This document shows, piece after piece, positions 62,029-64,000 of a stretch of DNA of 64,000 bases. Numbering within the stretch: the first letter of the stretch is position 1; the number at the start of each line of letters is the position of its first letter. A program made the position numbers and the translations under genes. Below the pieces are notes generated by a model. That model was not told where the DNA came from. It searched no databases and saw only the letters and a program-made list of their open reading frames with translations. This DNA comes from an uncultured Candidatus Rokubacteria bacterium (GTDB lineage: Bacteria > Methylomirabilota > Methylomirabilia > Rokubacteriales > CSP1-6). The DNA lies in NCBI GenBank assembly GCA_963758635.1, contig CAVWWD010000007.1:192001-256000 (forward strand), given 5' to 3'.

Positions 62029-62679
62029 TTACTGCGGCGGGCGCCTCGGGGCGGCACGGCAGTGCCCTGGCCACGCGGCAGATCCACCGCCGCGGGTCCG
62101 GACGGGGCCGCCCGCACACCTCGGCTTGCCGACGACCTGGACCGTGCTAGCCTGCGGCCCCTCCTCTCCTTCTTCCTCCTCGAATCGGACCTCCGTGCCC
62201 ACCGTGAGCCGATCGTAGTCCTCGTGGAGGACGCTGTTCCGGTGGAAGTAGAGCTCGCGCCCGTCGGGCGCGCGGAGGAACCCGTAGGCCGCTTCGCCGC
62301 CGGGGAACAGGCGAACGATCAGAGCCCGTTCCTCGCCGGCAGTCTTCGTGTCGCCCCGGCGGCGTTCGTTCAGCTCCTGGACCTGCCGGCGAGCCGCCCG
62401 GAATACCCCCAGCACGATGGTGCGCAGGCTCTCGTGCATCTCGCTGTCGCTTGGCTCCCGCTTGACGACGATCGGGCGACGCAGGCCCGCGCCGATCGTC
62501 AGCCGCACGCGGAACCGGCTGCCGTCCCTCTGCGACCGCTGCGGCTGCTCGATGGCGAGGCGGCAGGAGACTAGGCGCGTGCCGTAGCCCTCCAGCCGGG
62601 CAACCTCACGCCGCACCAAGGCCTCGATGTCGGCGTCGGCGACGGTGTTGCGAAACGTGGTCTCGACCTGAGTTTCCAT
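62029..62679 (-). CDS. HPF/RaiA-family ribosome-associated protein fused to a cold-shock domain
   Basis: Q.ETTFRN, CR..IE.P, F.AARRQ, then YGFL...DGRELYFHRNSV..GTEVRF.EEEGEEGPQASTV. Confidence 0.88.
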   Translation of the reverse strand: METQVETTFRNTVADADIEALVRREVARLEGYGTRLVSCRLAIEQPQRSQRDGSRFRVRLTIGAGLRRPIVVKREPSDSEMHESLRTIVLGVFRAARRQVQELNERRRGDTKTAGEERALIVRLFPGGEAAYGFLRAPDGRELYFHRNSVLHEDYDRLTVGTEVRFEEEEGEEGPQASTVQVVGKPRCAGGPVRTRGGGSAAWPGHCRAAPRRPPQ

Positions 62680-62692
62680 GTGAGCCGACGGC

Positions 62693-62709
62693 AGCATCCC
62701 CCATGCCAA
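62693..62709 (-). promoter_or_regulatory. Sigma54 -24/-12 promoter for the HPF-CSD gene
   Basis: TTGGCATGGGGGATGCT (GG-N10-GC). Confidence 0.6.
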
Positions 62710-62882
62710 TGGCGTGAGCGTTCCCATGGAGGCTCGGAAGCACACCCAACGGCCGGAGGCGGGAGTGAAAAGTGAGCCCGTCGGGTAGCGAGCACCCGGC
62801 AATCGCTACGCAGGCTGGCCCGACGGCGATTCGCGCTCACATCGGTCCCCGCCGCGGCACGGCGCGCACGACAACGTCCTAG

Positions 62883-62898
62883 TGGCACACCGTTTGCT
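62883..62898 (+). promoter_or_regulatory. Sigma54 -24/-12 promoter
   Basis: TGGCACACCGTTTGCT, a full consensus match. Confidence 0.75.
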
Positions 62899-62911
62899 CC
62901 GGGGCGTGTCC

Positions 62912-63355
62912 ATGGACAAGCGGAAATCGGACGAGAGCAATGGGAAGCGTCGCACTCAGGACACGCGTGGCGTACCACGTCGGCAAGTCTCCGTGACACG
63001 TCTTGCGCGCGCCCGCACGACGGGGCCCGCCGGCATCTCGAACCATCCCCTCGACGAGGAGATCGAGCGTCAGGATCGACTGCCCGCACGCGGGCGGCGC
63101 AGGGCCGCTCGTGGCACGGTGCGGCCACTCGAGCCGCTGCCGTCGCGGCGCCGTGGCCGCGAAGGCAATCCTGACGCGGCGGCGGCCTCGTCGAGGGCGG
63201 ATCGGACGCCGGGCGCGGGATCGCCGAGCGCCGGCTACGGGCGCGAGGCGGGGGCCTCTTCCGCCGATCCGGAGTACACGAAGTCGACTGCGGCTCCGGG
63301 CGCGCAAGCGCCATCGCGAAAGGTCAATCGACGGCGAACCTCCCCTTCACGCTGA
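62912..63355 (+). CDS. Hypothetical Arg-rich, probably disordered protein
   Basis: ORF directly behind a sigma54 promoter; GISNHPLDEEIERQDRLP core. Confidence 0.5.
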   Translation: MDKRKSDESNGKRRTQDTRGVPRRQVSVTRLARARTTGPAGISNHPLDEEIERQDRLPARGRRRAARGTVRPLEPLPSRRRGREGNPDAAAASSRADRTPGAGSPSAGYGREAGASSADPEYTKSTAAPGAQAPSRKVNRRRTSPSR

Positions 63356-63409
63356 TCGCCCGTGTTGAACAGGGGCCTCCAGGACGGGCCGGACCCAAGA
63401 GGGTGACCG

Positions 63410-63799
63410 ATGGCGCCGAAAGAGCTTGCTGGCGTGCATGTCCTGGTCGTTGAAGACACCGACGACTCACGCGAACTGCTTCGGGTCACGCTGGAATATT
63501 GCGGGGCGCTTGTGACGACGGCCGCGTCCGCCGAGGAAGCCAAACGAGTTCTCTCGACGCTTCGCCCGCATGTCGTGGTGAGCGACATTTCGATGCCCGA
63601 TGACGGGGTGGAATTGATTCGTGAAGTGAAGACGGTGACGGAGACGAGGGGGCTTCGGATTCCTGCCATTGCTATCACCGCCCACCATGGCCTTCGTGAG
63701 CAGCTTCTCAGCGAGGGATTCGTGGAGCTGGTGGAGAAGCCTCTGGACCCGATTGCACTCTGTGGGACCATCCGCCGAGACGTGAACATCCAGGTGTAG
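63410..63799 (+). CDS. Single-domain response regulator (receiver)
   Basis: VLVVED, VVSDISMP.DG, AIAITA, KP. Confidence 0.9.
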   Translation: MAPKELAGVHVLVVEDTDDSRELLRVTLEYCGALVTTAASAEEAKRVLSTLRPHVVVSDISMPDDGVELIREVKTVTETRGLRIPAIAITAHHGLREQLLSEGFVELVEKPLDPIALCGTIRRDVNIQV

Positions 63800-64000
63800 C
63801 CGAAGCCGGCGCCCATGTCTGCGCGGTTTACGGCCGATTCGCGATCCCGACGTAGCCGTCTCTCCAGGGGATGGGCCCGCCAGGCCTATGGCAAGAACGT
63901 GGGCGTGCCGCCCCCGAAGGGATCAGTGCGGCGCCAGGGAGCGCGGCCACTCGACGGTAGCCTGCAACGCCCGGCGACCAATGAACGAGCGCCGGGTCGT

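Overview
A 64-kb, very GC-rich bacterial chromosomal window. Gene content and style suggest a Rokubacteria/Methylomirabilota-like soil organism (inference only), and scattered single-base indels suggest a long-read assembly. It is mainly catabolic: TPP enzyme, LLM oxidoreductase, two PhyH dioxygenases, a CoA-transferase, a DUF1989/ABC/three-amidohydrolase operon, and an hcrCAB-like/XRE-cupin/boxC/boxB/benzoate-CoA ligase/PaaK-like operon with no boxA. It also holds a lipoprotein truncated haemoglobin opposite a SigK/RskA-type ECF pair, a stand-alone A-PCP protein, ttuBA, a thiolase, a UvrD-nuclease fusion, pcaD, an amidase and an HPF/baeRF locus. Three mobile or decayed zones carry IS110, IS701, two IS630 and several remnants. 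Best signals: (1) an IS110 inserted in a REP hairpin, whose leader contains four ordered segments matching its own target and donor, i.e. a readable bridge RNA; (2) a hidden 45-aa peptide ORF, split by nested IS630/IS701, that ends 3 nt before a 7TM-GAF-PAS histidine kinase with a low-GC sensor module, followed by a scrambled pseudokinase (candidate peptide-signalling cassette); (3) a hybrid Hcr-Box aromatic operon whose molybdo-subunit has Gln at the family's catalytic Glu position.
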